NCBI GenBank assembly: GCA_963780185.1
Contig: CAWABA010000006.1
Coordinates: 672,001-736,000, forward strand
Reading direction: 5' to 3'
From: Candidatus Bathyarchaeota archaeon
GTDB taxonomy: Archaea > Thermoproteota > Bathyarchaeia > Bathyarchaeales > Bathycorpusculaceae
Length of the DNA: 64,000 bases
Made by a program: the position numbers and the translations under genes. The notes below the pieces were generated by a model. It saw nothing but the letters and a program-made list of their open reading frames with translations, was not told the DNA's origin and made no database searches. This document shows, piece by piece, positions 20,700 to 31,174 of this stretch. How positions within the stretch are numbered: position 1 is the first letter of the stretch; each line of letters opens with the position of its first letter.

Positions 20700-21575
20700 A
20701 TGAGTGAGCCGCAGCCGACTAAGACGCCGTCTAAGCAGCAGGATCGATTCAGCTTCGACGTCGTATATTTGATTCCGATACTGGCAAGCCTCATCTTCGG
20801 TTTGCTTTGCGCTTCGCTTCTCCGTACTCAGGAGCCCGCAACGATCCCTGTTACGCCTCTGCCTCAGAACACGGCTTCAGGGTCTTTTGGCAACGCGTTT
20901 TACTTCGTTATTTTGGTGGCTGTTGCAGCAACCGTGTTTTATCTTCTGCTCAAACGTAGAAGCAAAAAAATCATCAAAGGCTTAATCGTCGTCGCCATGA
21001 CCACCGCCGCATTGCTGCTCTCGCTTGTCTACTTAGCCGCAGTCTTACCAAGCAACCTCAGCATCCTGTGGATTCCTCTGTCCTTAATCATCACGGCGCT
21101 GTTTGACTTCGCCGTTTTCCGACTGGGCAGCATGGCAAGAAACGTGGCGGTTATCGGGATTGGAGGCGCACTCGGGGTCTTCTTCGGGTTTGAAATCCAG
21201 CTTTGGACAGCTGTGCTGATTTTGGCTTTCTTGGCGATTTACGATGTGTTCGCGGTTTATCGGGGTCCAGTTGGCAAAATCGCTCAGAGCCAAGGCGGAC
21301 TTGATGACCTGCAAGGTTTAAGCTACGACTTTCGAGACATCCAGATGGGGCTGGGCGACTTGGTGTTTTACTCGATGCTCAGCGGCGTCATGTTCTTCAG
21401 CTTTCCAACCAGCGTACTGCCCTGCATAGCTGCGATAGTCGGCATCATCGCGGGTTCAATCGTCACGTTCTTCATGCTTGAACGCAAAGGCATCTTCCCC
21501 GGCTTGCCGTTCCCAATCATGCTTGGCTTAGCAGGCGGCTTGATTATGGGACTGGTTATTCTGCCGATTCTCTAA
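20700..21575 (+). CDS. Presenilin-family (A22) intramembrane aspartyl protease
   Basis: YD and GLGD catalytic motifs, PGLP, multiple TMs. Confidence 0.9.
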   Translation: MSEPQPTKTPSKQQDRFSFDVVYLIPILASLIFGLLCASLLRTQEPATIPVTPLPQNTASGSFGNAFYFVILVAVAATVFYLLLKRRSKKIIKGLIVVAMTTAALLLSLVYLAAVLPSNLSILWIPLSLIITALFDFAVFRLGSMARNVAVIGIGGALGVFFGFEIQLWTAVLILAFLAIYDVFAVYRGPVGKIAQSQGGLDDLQGLSYDFRDIQMGLGDLVFYSMLSGVMFFSFPTSVLPCIAAIVGIIAGSIVTFFMLERKGIFPGLPFPIMLGLAGGLIMGLVILPIL

Positions 21576-21973
21576 GGCTTTCGGGCTGCATCGGCGCTTT
21601 TTGTGGTTGGTTTTTGATCACAAATACTAGACCCCCTCCCCTTGTCTTTGAAGCCATTTTTACCTCGGTTTTTAGATGTAAAAATGGGGTACCCCTCATT
21701 GGGTGAACTGCCCTGCTTGGGGCTTGTTTTGGGTTGATTTTTTGATTTGGGGTTTTTTTCAACCGTTTCTAATTCAGCGAAAGGCAGGTTTCATGTTGGA
21801 ACCCAAATCTGGGGGGTTTGACCTTTTCTGCAACAATTGATACAGCAGGTTTACCGCTATGTTGTCTCTGCCAATCAGGGAAAGAGGGTAAATCGGCAAA
21901 AGATTAATTATTGATGCATGAATGATAGAGCGTAAAATAGCGTCAAACGCTTAGAGGGAAGACCGCGATTGCG

Positions 21974-23192
21974 GTGAAGAGAGGGGGGAAGCAAACGCTG
22001 TATTCGCTATCTAACAGCATAAACGATGCAAAGCAGCCAGTCCGTAACCATAAACGTCCAAGCCGACGGCAATGCCTAGTCGTAGGCTTCATCATGGTTA
22101 CGATTTTAGCAGCAAGCTTCTTTGTACTGTACAGTGTGCCACAGGAGACCTATGCCCAGAACCCCACACAGTACACTGTATCCTCTAACATTCAATACCC
22201 TCCAGCCGCATCCGCCCAGCTGAATGTTCCCTTCTGCGACCAAGACGAATCTGTGAATAAACAGCACAACCTGGTCGGTTCATGTTGGGATGCATCTGCA
22301 GAGATGATTCTAAATTACTGGCATAACCAAGGGTACTTGGCGTCTGTCCCGTCTCAAGGCGAAATCTATTTGGGCACAATGTCCTTTGGCGCAGGCGGCA
22401 ACTTGAACGCTGAGTTAGCAGCCTTAGGCTTCTACAGCGCAGAATACTATCCACTTCAAACATCATACGCCAGCTACAGCGATTACCAGCAACAATGCAA
22501 CGCCTTCAACGCAAGCCAAATGATCTACAGCGCCCAAGTCGCCTTGTCGTTGGGGGTGCCGCTGGAAGCGACAGTGGAGACTCAACCGTACCCGCAAGCA
22601 AACGTGACCACTGGTGGAATAATCTGCGATTCAAGAGGACCAGACCACGCAATAGTCATAACGGGCTACAACCAAACAGGCTTCATATTTAATTCGGCAA
22701 CAAGCGAAAAATCTCAATCCCGCGTTTGTAACCGATGATAGGATGAATAAATACTCGAATGATGGGCAAGTAGTCAACGGCTACATGCTATATTGCCCGT
22801 ACCAAGAGTTCATAGACGCCTACAACAGCGAAATCTGGAGCTTCAACGCCATTTTTCCGCTTAACTACTCGGCCATCATGCGCCAACAAACCATGCAGCT
22901 TGTCAACGAAAACAAACAGGCAATATCTGGAATGCTAGTTTCATCTCCTTTCTCATCGGCAACAACCAACACAGATGGATATGCGACGCTGACCATCACA
23001 TTGTTGGGCACACCTATAGCCGTAGGCTACAACATGCAAACAAACGCCAACGGCAACTACTGTGGCCAATACAATGAGACGCACCAACTTAACCGCAGCT
23101 TCAGCGAAGACTACGGCATCTACATGCTATACCCGACAACCACGGAAAATTCGCAAGCGACAACAACGAAACAAATAGAATACGTTGAATAA
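21974..23192 (+). CDS. Membrane-anchored papain-like (C39-like) cysteine peptidase, split into two ORFs
   Basis: LNVPFCDQ...GSCWDASAEMILNYW and HAIVITGY in 21974-22738; continues in 22743-23192. Confidence 0.6.
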
Positions 23193-23495
23193 CTTTAACT
23201 TATCCCCTTCGCGAGGTTGGAAGGAGGAAATCTCCAGAAAAGAGCTTCTGGAGCCTATACACGGTATAACTTCAACTTCACCAAAGTCATCTTCTTCAGA
23301 CTCGATGTAACTGGATTCTCCAAAATTTGTTAACCAATGCATTTCGTCAGATTGAGGATCGGCTTGTTTTTGGTTTGTCGCATCTAAATATTGGAAAAGT
23401 TGTTGAGCTATTTTGCCAGCATCGTTTATTTTGGCAGCATCTGATATTTGATATTGCGTTTCCGAATCGAGATGTTTACTTTCTCCTTGAAGCAT
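23127..23495 (-). CDS. Hypothetical protein
   Basis: 122 aa ORF, no recognised motif. Confidence 0.35.
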   Translation of the reverse strand: MLQGESKHLDSETQYQISDAAKINDAGKIAQQLFQYLDATNQKQADPQSDEMHWLTNFGESSYIESEEDDFGEVEVIPCIGSRSSFLEISSFQPREGDKLKLFNVFYLFRCCRLRIFRGCRV

Positions 23496-23873
23496 AGTTA
23501 CCCCAAAAGTAGAATGTGGTTTGAAATACTTAGTTTTTCAGGCGGAGTCAGTATGCACTTTATCGCTGCCGCTACGTCTTTTCTGCTTTCAATATGCTAG
23601 ATTCAGAGTAAAGTTCGAGGTAAATTTTGTGGAGATGAATACATTTGAATCAACAACGACAAGAATTTGGAGACACAGCTGCAATATTCTACCGTCACTA
23701 GACTCGGATTCTCTTAAGTAACAAATATGCATCTGTCGGTGAGATATGTCTAAAATGTTGTACAGCGTGGGGACAGAGAAAGAAAGGTAAGCAAATTTGA
23801 ATAGAGATTTACGAGAGAGAAAGACTAAATTTTAACGCCCACTCACTATGCTGGCGTGTGAGAAAAGGCTGAA

Positions 23874-24365
23874 TTAAGTTGGATGACTTGTGATTGGTTG
23901 TCCTTTATAATGGTAGGTTATTTTATTTTTATACTGATTGTATCCACAAAAAATACAAATGTCGGCATAGTCTTTTGGCAAAACCTTTTTGCAATAAGGG
24001 CAGACCGAACATGCTCGTTGCTCGTTAGGAATAATAGTTAATTTTCTATAATAATCCTTACATTGACCATTATAATGAATACCTGCGATAATTGAGCCCA
24101 CAATTAAAAAAGGACCAGATAATGCAATCAAAAAAGAAAATCCGGTTACAAGTGCAATCCAATATGAAACATCGCCTCTATAAATTACAGTAGTTCCTAT
24201 CGTGATTAAACTGAAAGCTACAGAAAGGTATGTTGTAAGCGCTCCAAAAACGAAAAGGAATACCCATCCCAGTATCAATATTTTTCCTGTTTTTTTAATG
24301 TTTATTTTAGCTGCTTCAATTTTCTTTAGCAGATAAGCGTCGTTCGTTTCTTCAGACAAACCCAA
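23874..24365 (-). CDS. Two-TM membrane protein with C-terminal zinc ribbon
   Basis: Two hydrophobic segments, then CPYC...CIFC. Confidence 0.65.
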   Translation of the reverse strand: MGLSEETNDAYLLKKIEAAKINIKKTGKILILGWVFLFVFGALTTYLSVAFSLITIGTTVIYRGDVSYWIALVTGFSFLIALSGPFLIVGSIIAGIHYNGQCKDYYRKLTIIPNEQRACSVCPYCKKVLPKDYADICIFCGYNQYKNKITYHYKGQPITSHPT

Positions 24366-24686
24366 ACACTCACAGTATCAATAATTTAATTGAGCTTAAG
24401 AGATTTGCGTTAGTCTTGCAGCTGAACTTTGAGCATGAAGGTTATCTTCCATATTTTTCTGACGAACACGTTTGTTCAATCATCATTTAATCTTAGGTTA
24501 ATAACAGTTTGACTGTTAGGTTGATACGAACTGAACGCATCACTCTCCCAGTTTGATAGGTCAGCATCATGAACATTTGCAGGACCCATTACAGCGTCAA
24601 AGTTTACGTTTGATGGGTCATTATCGCTTTTTCTTATTCAAAATATTTAGAGGTGCGCATAATTTTAAAATCTAGTTAGCGCTTAT

Positions 24687-24947
24687 TTGTATTCATGGAA
24701 GCCTGTGAGATCGTCAAGCTTTTTCGTCAATAAAGCAATAGTTCCAACCGAGCTTAAAAGACGCGGCAATCCTGGTTATAGCAGATTCAAGGCACTTAGA
24801 ATTCTCATCTACTTCAGATTGAAAAGACTCGACAACGACACATGCATAGTTGAACATCTAAAGAAGCACAAAGTGGTTTCTAGAACCTTTAGGTCTTTAC
24901 AGAGTTTCAGAAAACTTAAACTTGAAGAACCGACTCTTTGGATTTAG
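24687..24947 (+). mobile_element. Truncated transposase remnant (N-terminal fragment, IS4/IS5-like)
   Basis: RRGNPGYSRFKALRILIY..LKRLDND..IVEHL resembles transposase N-termini; no DDE domain follows. Confidence 0.5.
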
Positions 24948-25000
24948 TGAAAGGTTAAAAGGTTAAGTTGACTTTGGGCTTATAGAAAGCGGCGTCTTAT

Positions 25001-25843
25001 ATGGATAAATCATGTGTTGCTCTTGTTAAGGGTGAACGGGGACATGAACCCGTTTGGAAAGCCTTAGATTTAATCGATTACAAATCAGCCTTGGCTGGTT
25101 GCAGTCGGGTTCTCATAAAAGTCAACTTCATAAACACCCAAACATGGGACACGGGTGCTACAACCGACCCAATGGTGGTTGAAGCCATAATCCTGCGGCT
25201 AAAAGAGCTAGGCAAAGAAGCCATCGTTGTTGAGTCAGACGCAACCGTAACCAACGCTGACAAAGCCTACGAAGCCACAGGCATGAAGGAGATGGTTGAA
25301 CGCAACGGCGTCAAATTCATCAACCTGCGCTACGAAAAAGACAAAGTCAAAATCCCCATCCCCGACTGCGAAACCCTCAACAGCATCACGGTGCCCCGCA
25401 TAGTCACGGAATCAGCCATAATCAGCGCTGCCAAACTGAAGACACACATGGCAACCAAAGTCACGTTGGGCATGAAAAACATGTTCGGATTGATGCCTGA
25501 CAAGTTCAAGGGAAAGTTCCACATGAACGGCATAAGCAAAGTCGTAGTCGACATCAACACCGTAATAAAACCTGTCTTAACCGTGATCGACGGCTTCGTC
25601 GCGATGGAAGGCAGAGGACCAACCGACGGCACCCCAGTCAAGATGGATTTGATAATCGCGGGAAGAGACGTTGTCGCCACCGACGCAACAGGCGCCAGAG
25701 TTATGGGACTTGATCCCCATGAAATCAGCCACATCCGAACCGCCGCCGAGAAAGGCTTAGGCAACATCGACAACATAGAAATCCTCGGCTCAAAACTCAA
25801 AGAGGTAAAACGCACATTTAAGCCAGCCAAAATGGTAAGATAA
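25001..25843 (+). CDS. DUF362 domain protein
   Basis: VLIKVN, GATTDP, KLKTH, TLGMKNMFG, MEGRGP, DVVATD. Confidence 0.9.
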   Translation: MDKSCVALVKGERGHEPVWKALDLIDYKSALAGCSRVLIKVNFINTQTWDTGATTDPMVVEAIILRLKELGKEAIVVESDATVTNADKAYEATGMKEMVERNGVKFINLRYEKDKVKIPIPDCETLNSITVPRIVTESAIISAAKLKTHMATKVTLGMKNMFGLMPDKFKGKFHMNGISKVVVDINTVIKPVLTVIDGFVAMEGRGPTDGTPVKMDLIIAGRDVVATDATGARVMGLDPHEISHIRTAAEKGLGNIDNIEILGSKLKEVKRTFKPAKMVR

Positions 25844-25852
25844 GCAGATCGA

Positions 25853-26794
25853 TTAACTTTCCTTGGCTGGATTTGCTTCTTTTCTGGAAACTGAATCGTT
25901 TATTGGTTCTAATGCTTTTTCGATGAATTCAAACTTTATCAACTTCAGAAGGCCTAACGTATCTTTAAAAAGATCTTTTTTTACTTCTTTCAGGGCTTGC
26001 GTTTGTTCCATATTTTCTGTTCCCTTTATTTTGGCGTGAGACAAATTATTTCGAATATTCGATAATCTTCCTAGCTCACTTTCGCCAACACCAATCGGAT
26101 AAATTCTTTTAAACGCTTTTCCATAATCATCGATGACCTTGAATGCATCAATGTAACTTCTATCAAAATCCCCGTTAACAAAGGCGTCCAAGGAAGAGCT
26201 TAGATAATATGTCAACAAATCGATATCCTTGAGTGCTTCTTTGCTAGTATATCTTTTCTTCAGTTCTTCTTTTATTATTTCAAGGTAGCGTTTTCGATTG
26301 CTTATTTTCAGAGCCTTGTTTAATACCAATGTTCTCCAAGAAATATTCAAACCAAAAATTGATGTAATAACAAAAATAATTATGGCTACGTTGAAGATAG
26401 CGCTTAAACTGGTTTTTACCAAACTCGTTGAAACAATCCCTGAGGTGCTAAGAATGATAAGAAGCCCTAAGAAAAATATTGAGTATATGGGAATGAGAGG
26501 GACCGCCCCCGCTCTTTTTCTGGTTTCCCAATGAATAGCAAACGGAACTCCAACAAGTAAGCCTACAATAACAAGGTAAGGACCGTTACTAAAATTTGAG
26601 TTTGAAGCCATCCAGAACAAGACAGACAAGGCGATGGCTATCACGAATGAAATGCCATAGAAAAAATATGCCAAACTAAAATCCGTTAAAAGAAGCGCCT
26701 GCCCTACAAACATCATCACGAGATAAAAAAACATTAAATATGATAACCAACCTGTGAGGGTAAAACGGGTTATCGCAATAAAAGCAATAGTCAA
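25853..26794 (-). CDS. Multi-TM protein with C-terminal HEPN-like domain
   Basis: 5-6 N-terminal TMs; helical C-domain with RNNLSH (Rx4H); AT-rich. Confidence 0.6.
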   Translation of the reverse strand: MTIAFIAITRFTLTGWLSYLMFFYLVMMFVGQALLLTDFSLAYFFYGISFVIAIALSVLFWMASNSNFSNGPYLVIVGLLVGVPFAIHWETRKRAGAVPLIPIYSIFFLGLLIILSTSGIVSTSLVKTSLSAIFNVAIIIFVITSIFGLNISWRTLVLNKALKISNRKRYLEIIKEELKKRYTSKEALKDIDLLTYYLSSSLDAFVNGDFDRSYIDAFKVIDDYGKAFKRIYPIGVGESELGRLSNIRNNLSHAKIKGTENMEQTQALKEVKKDLFKDTLGLLKLIKFEFIEKALEPINDSVSRKEANPAKES

Positions 26795-26988
26795 AACTAT
26801 GAAGAGAAGTACTCCGTAATCAAGATTCTTAACAAATTCCCGTCTTAGGCACTCTGATAACTTACTGAGACATCTTCAAGACTGTTCTATTTCTACTTTC
26901 TTTTTCGGTATTATGCCTTTGCATTATCGGATGCAAAAACTCAATTCGAATAATTTCTTGAAAAGCGTTTCAGCAAGGGCTTTATTAG

Positions 26989-27776
26989 GTGAACCGCGGA
27001 ATAAGCACTCTTATGGATGAATGGATAAGTGCCTTGCTGATTCCCTATCTCACGATTTTAGCAGTGCTCGTTTTCGTGCTATTACCGCCAGTTCGGAAAG
27101 GCCTATACCTTCTACCGCTGCCGTCCAAACTCCAAAGGCTGAATTACGAACCAAAAGTTCACTACTACGTTATTTCTAGGCAAATCTTGTTATTTTTCTT
27201 TCCATTTGGCGTCGCGCTCGGTATTTTTGGGTTTGATGTAGTAAAACAGCAGCTTGCAAGTTTATTCGTTCTTGGATTATCAATCAATGTTGCTTGGGTT
27301 GCGTATTTGTCAATGGTAACAAAAGCCCGTCTTACATTGACTTTGCGGTTGATAAACTTGAAGGCAATTTAAAGTCAGAAGTACAGATAGAACCGGGTAG
27401 CGAGCATGTTCTTTATACCCGAATTTACAATTTAGGGTTTAGTACATTAAAAAATGCAATTGTTTTGATTTACCTAGGCGAAGGATTTGAAATAATTTCG
27501 GTCGATGATGACAGATATAAGCAATTAGATTTTAGCAAGTATTTTAGTCTTCAAAAGACCAATTTTGGTGCTGCCTTTCCGCCAACGCACGAAAATTACC
27601 AAAGTCTGCCGCCACAAGAATGGTTTTTGTTTCCCTTAATTATCAGAGCACCGAAATCTGAGGGCATTCGAAAAATAGAAATTCAATTATACTCTGAAAC
27701 CAGTTGGGGATTAACAAAATACCCAGCCATGGTTCACGTAATAAAAAACGATTCAAATACAATTCATGCAAAATAA
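26989..27776 (+). CDS. Hypothetical membrane protein with C-terminal beta-rich domain; frameshift near 27300
   Basis: Overlapping ORFs 26989-27372 (TMs) and 27294-27776 (soluble). Confidence 0.55.
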
Positions 27777-27859
27777 GAAAAGAATTGTTATTGATGACTC
27801 GGACCGTTTGAGCTGAATTATATGAGGATTGATGGATAACAAGATAATGTAACGTAAAG

Positions 27860-28078
27860 TCAGTTTGTTTGTTGGCTTCGGTTTTCTTTTCCTCTGGTTG
27901 CCGAGAGCACCGCGGCTACTGCGAGTATGGTTACGGAGGCGTAGAGTGCGGCTTGTATGCCTGTGATGAAAGATGCGCTTAGGTCGCCTGAGAGTTTCAT
28001 GGTGCCGATGAATTCTTGGGCCGAAAGGTTGAAAGCGACAGGGTAGATGTAACTTTGTTGGATGCTGATGGTTGACAC
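27860..28078 (-). pseudogene. C-terminal remnant of an MFS (DHA2-like) transporter
   Basis: FITGIQAALYASVTILAVAAVLSATRGKE resembles the last MFS helix; rest of gene absent. Confidence 0.5.
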
Positions 28079-28658
28079 GTTTTATCTGCATTTAGAATTC
28101 GCTGGCAAAGAAGGCGGCTGGTCCGTTAACTTGCCTTTTCTGTGTACCCGATGCGGCGTCTGCTGTACGCTGGACGATTTCTTGACGGCGGGAGAAATCA
28201 CTGCCACGCCCAAAGAGCACCCGCAGGTTCACGCCAAATTAAAAGCCCTCTTCGACGAGCTCGGCAAGATGTGGGAGACGGACGAAGCAAAATACGACCA
28301 ATACACCATGCACACGCCCTGCCCCTTTCTCGTAAACAACGCCTGCAGCATCTACGAAATCCGACCCGGCGGCTGCCGACTCTACCCAAAAACCGCTTTT
28401 GGCATGCAAACCAAAGACTGCCCAGCGCTCACCCGATTCAAAAAACAGCGCCTCGCCCTCAAAAAAGGGAAAACCTGCAAGGAAAACTACTACTTTGTGG
28501 GGAAAACCGCGGGTTCAGCTAAAAATGGAGAAGCAGTCAAACCTGCGGTGCTAACTGAAAAACAGTTTCAAGCGTGCATCGCAAAGCTGCGAGAGGCAGG
28601 TGTCACGGATGAAGAATTAAAGCTCTTCAACGACTTCAACAAGGCACGTAAAAAATAG
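28062..28658 (+). CDS. YkgJ-family cysteine-cluster protein
   Basis: CTRCGVCC, CPFL..CSIYEIRPGGCRLYP. Confidence 0.85.
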   Translation: MLMVDTFYLHLEFAGKEGGWSVNLPFLCTRCGVCCTLDDFLTAGEITATPKEHPQVHAKLKALFDELGKMWETDEAKYDQYTMHTPCPFLVNNACSIYEIRPGGCRLYPKTAFGMQTKDCPALTRFKKQRLALKKGKTCKENYYFVGKTAGSAKNGEAVKPAVLTEKQFQACIAKLREAGVTDEELKLFNDFNKARKK

Positions 28659-28666
28659 CCAGACGC

Positions 28667-28918
28667 CTATTGGGTAGGCTCAGTGACTATTTCGGCGTCT
28701 GCACAGCCGCTTTCCAGATGCGTTATCCTAACTTTTAGGTGTTCGTTGAGTTTTGCGTTGCCGATGAAGATTAGAAAGTTTTTGATTTTGGCTATGCCTT
28801 CTCCGTTTGGACTCATCTGTTCAATGTCCACTTCGTATTCGTCTCCAATTTCAAATGGGTAACCAAAACCTCTTCCGCGGTTTTTTGCGTTTCTTGGGGC
28901 TCGTTTTTTTGGGCTAAT
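28667..28918 (-). CDS. Single TRAM-domain protein (not in ORF track; probable ATT start)
   Basis: Manual translation: PFEIGDEYEVDIEQMSPNGEGIAKIKNFLIFIGNAKLNEHLKVRITHLESGCADAEIV. Confidence 0.85.
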   Translation of the reverse strand: MSPKKRAPRNAKNRGRGFGYPFEIGDEYEVDIEQMSPNGEGIAKIKNFLIFIGNAKLNEHLKVRITHLESGCADAEIVTEPTQ

Positions 28919-29062
28919 AGTGCATCTTCCTCGATTTTGACATACAAGCTGTATTTAAAAGCAAATCTTGATTCTTTAAGGTTTCCTCTCTTCGGTGTCT
29001 CAGAGGCTACATACACATTCTCTAATGGGTACCTCACCATTTAGCTGTAGGCGTAAACAACT

Positions 29063-29857
29063 ATGGTAACTATCTTAATGCGTATTTCATGCGAAGACAC
29101 GATGTCGGCGGCAAGGTCAATTTGGGTAAGCCGAGAAACAGCCGACGTCGTCGGCGCAAACGCATTTCAAATCCTCGTCAGAGCCTCAGATGCCAACATC
29201 AGGTTCTTCAGCGGGAAAGCATCAAAAAGCCTCCTAGGCGGCTTGTTTTACCTTTTAGGACACAGATTCAACGCGGAAATGACGCAGAAGCAAATCGCGA
29301 TGCAACTAGGCATCTCAGAAGTTTCAGTCAGAAGATCATACAAAGACTGGCTCAACATGTACCCGTATTTTTTCATGGATTTAGCATCCAAAATGAAAGC
29401 GCCCCACACCACAACAAAAAAGAGCATGCCGAAAAAGAAACCTGCCCTCTCTGCCGAACGCCTCTACATCAAAGCCTGCGCCACGCCCTCCTTCAACGAT
29501 CTGCTGCTTGAAGCCGTTGACGACTCATTATCTATCTTAAGCAAAACAGTAAAAATTGCCTTGTACAACCATCTGGAAAACAACTTCCAAATCAAAAAAG
29601 AAGATATCCCCGTTAAAATCGGTGCATTCTCAAACGCGCTTGAAGGCATATTCGGCGAAATCGGTTCAAGGCACATAGAAATCCTCATCATGAAAAAACT
29701 CTTTGAAAAACTCAAAACCAAATACAAATGGGCCGCCTTCAAATTATCCTCCCGTGAAATGCTTGCTCCAGGAGTAACCTTCAAAGGATACATCATGCTG
29801 GCTCGACAGAACTTCGAAACAAAAAACAGCGGCAAAACCGAAATAGCCCTGACTTAA
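29063..29857 (+). CDS. TFB C-terminal cyclin/HTH-like domain fused to a DUF3227/NitrOD5-like helical domain
   Basis: GKASKSLLGGLFYL..MTQKQIAMQLGISEVSVRRSYK; LLEAVDDSLSIL..IKKEDIP..FSNALEGIFG. Confidence 0.6.
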   Translation: MVTILMRISCEDTMSAARSIWVSRETADVVGANAFQILVRASDANIRFFSGKASKSLLGGLFYLLGHRFNAEMTQKQIAMQLGISEVSVRRSYKDWLNMYPYFFMDLASKMKAPHTTTKKSMPKKKPALSAERLYIKACATPSFNDLLLEAVDDSLSILSKTVKIALYNHLENNFQIKKEDIPVKIGAFSNALEGIFGEIGSRHIEILIMKKLFEKLKTKYKWAAFKLSSREMLAPGVTFKGYIMLARQNFETKNSGKTEIALT

Positions 29858-29922
29858 AAAAACGAAATCCGCGTCTTTGAAAGAAAAAGAAGCGGCGAAA
29901 AGTCTGGGAAAACCTTTGCCGA

Positions 29923-30747
29923 TTACGGTTTGGATGCTGAAACGCTTATGCTTACAACGGTGTTTGCGGCTTGCTTCACTTCTTCAAGCGTCATTCCCAG
30001 GTGGCTAATCGTTTCTTTGGTTTCAGGTTCGCTTATGATGTAGTCAAGCGGGTAAACTTTTTCCTGCAGAACCTTCACGTCCACGAACCCAGCCTTGCGA
30101 ATCAACTCAAGGTATTTGTCTTTGATTTCGGCGCCTGAAATGCATGCCGCGTAGGCTTCAACGTTTTTCTGGATAGCTTCAGGCAACGCCTTCAACAGCA
30201 CAATGTCTGAAACCATCAAGCGACCCTGTGAAGCAAGAACCCTGAAGGCTTCCTCGAAAACCCGTTTCTTGTTCGGCGCAAGGTTGATGACGCAGTTCGA
30301 AATTATCACGTCAACAGAGTTGTCTGCCACAGGCAGGTTCTCGATTTCTCCTAGCCGGAACTCGACGTTTTTGTACTTGCCTTTTGCCGCGTTTGAGCGG
30401 GCTTTATCAAGCATTTCCGCAGTCATATCAACCCCGATTACCTTTCCGCTCTCACCGACTTTTTTGGCTGCTAAGAAACAATCAAAGCCGCCGCCTGAAC
30501 CCAAATCCAAAACACGCTCACCCATTTTCAGGGAAGCCAACGCCGTGGGGTTGCCGCAGCCTAAGCCAAGGTTTGCTCCGTCTGGAACCGCCTTCACGTC
30601 GGCGTCGGTGTACCCGATCATTTTGCTTACTTGCGGGTCGGCTGCTGCTGAGCAACTGCATCCGCTTGATGCGCAACTTGAACCACGGGTTTTAGCTGCT
30701 TTCGCATAACGTTTTCTAACTATTTTTTTGACTTGTTCTTCGTTCAT
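29923..30747 (-). CDS. arsM: Arsenite S-adenosylmethionine methyltransferase
   Basis: NLGLGCGNP, LDLGSGGGFD, ISNCVINL, ACISGA; Cys-rich N-terminus. Confidence 0.95.
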   Translation of the reverse strand: MNEEQVKKIVRKRYAKAAKTRGSSCASSGCSCSAAADPQVSKMIGYTDADVKAVPDGANLGLGCGNPTALASLKMGERVLDLGSGGGFDCFLAAKKVGESGKVIGVDMTAEMLDKARSNAAKGKYKNVEFRLGEIENLPVADNSVDVIISNCVINLAPNKKRVFEEAFRVLASQGRLMVSDIVLLKALPEAIQKNVEAYAACISGAEIKDKYLELIRKAGFVDVKVLQEKVYPLDYIISEPETKETISHLGMTLEEVKQAANTVVSISVSASKP

Positions 30748-31001
30748 TTTTCTGTCTCCTGTTTGGTGACTCCTTTAAGCATTGGACCAAGCGTTTTGGT
30801 TACGGCACCTGCCAGCTTTTCGGCTTTCATAAGCATGATGCAGCAGACCTCCCCGTTTTTTTCTGAGGCTACGACGGCGATTTTGTCGCTTGGTTTGAAG
30901 TTTGCTTTTTCCCGTAGGTCTTTGGGGAGGACGATTTGTCCTTTGGAATCCATTGTGACTATTGCATCTATTCTGCAGGTGTCGCTATCGCATTCAGTCA
31001 T
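30744..31001 (-). CDS. AbrB/MazE/SpoVT-family DNA-binding protein with Cys pair (HgcC-like)
   Basis: VTMDSKGQIVLPKDLREKA; CC motif; overlaps arsM start by 4 nt. Confidence 0.8.
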   Translation of the reverse strand: MTECDSDTCRIDAIVTMDSKGQIVLPKDLREKANFKPSDKIAVVASEKNGEVCCIMLMKAEKLAGAVTKTLGPMLKGVTKQETEK

Positions 31002-31174
31002 CTTTTCACCAAAACATGGAATGTGCGTTTATGGATTTAAGGTTTTCTGAAAAATAAGAAAAATCTGAATCGGCAGCTTTGTGTTGATTCTACCCAAAAA
31101 AAGAATTTTCTTACCAATCAACTTAAATATTCGCTCCCTGACCTCAATATCCCTTATTCAAGTGAGCGCCTAAG

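Noticed and set aside
28813-29040. 75-aa ORF from the track
   Set aside because: Out of frame with, and overlapping, the real TRAM gene and its promoter.
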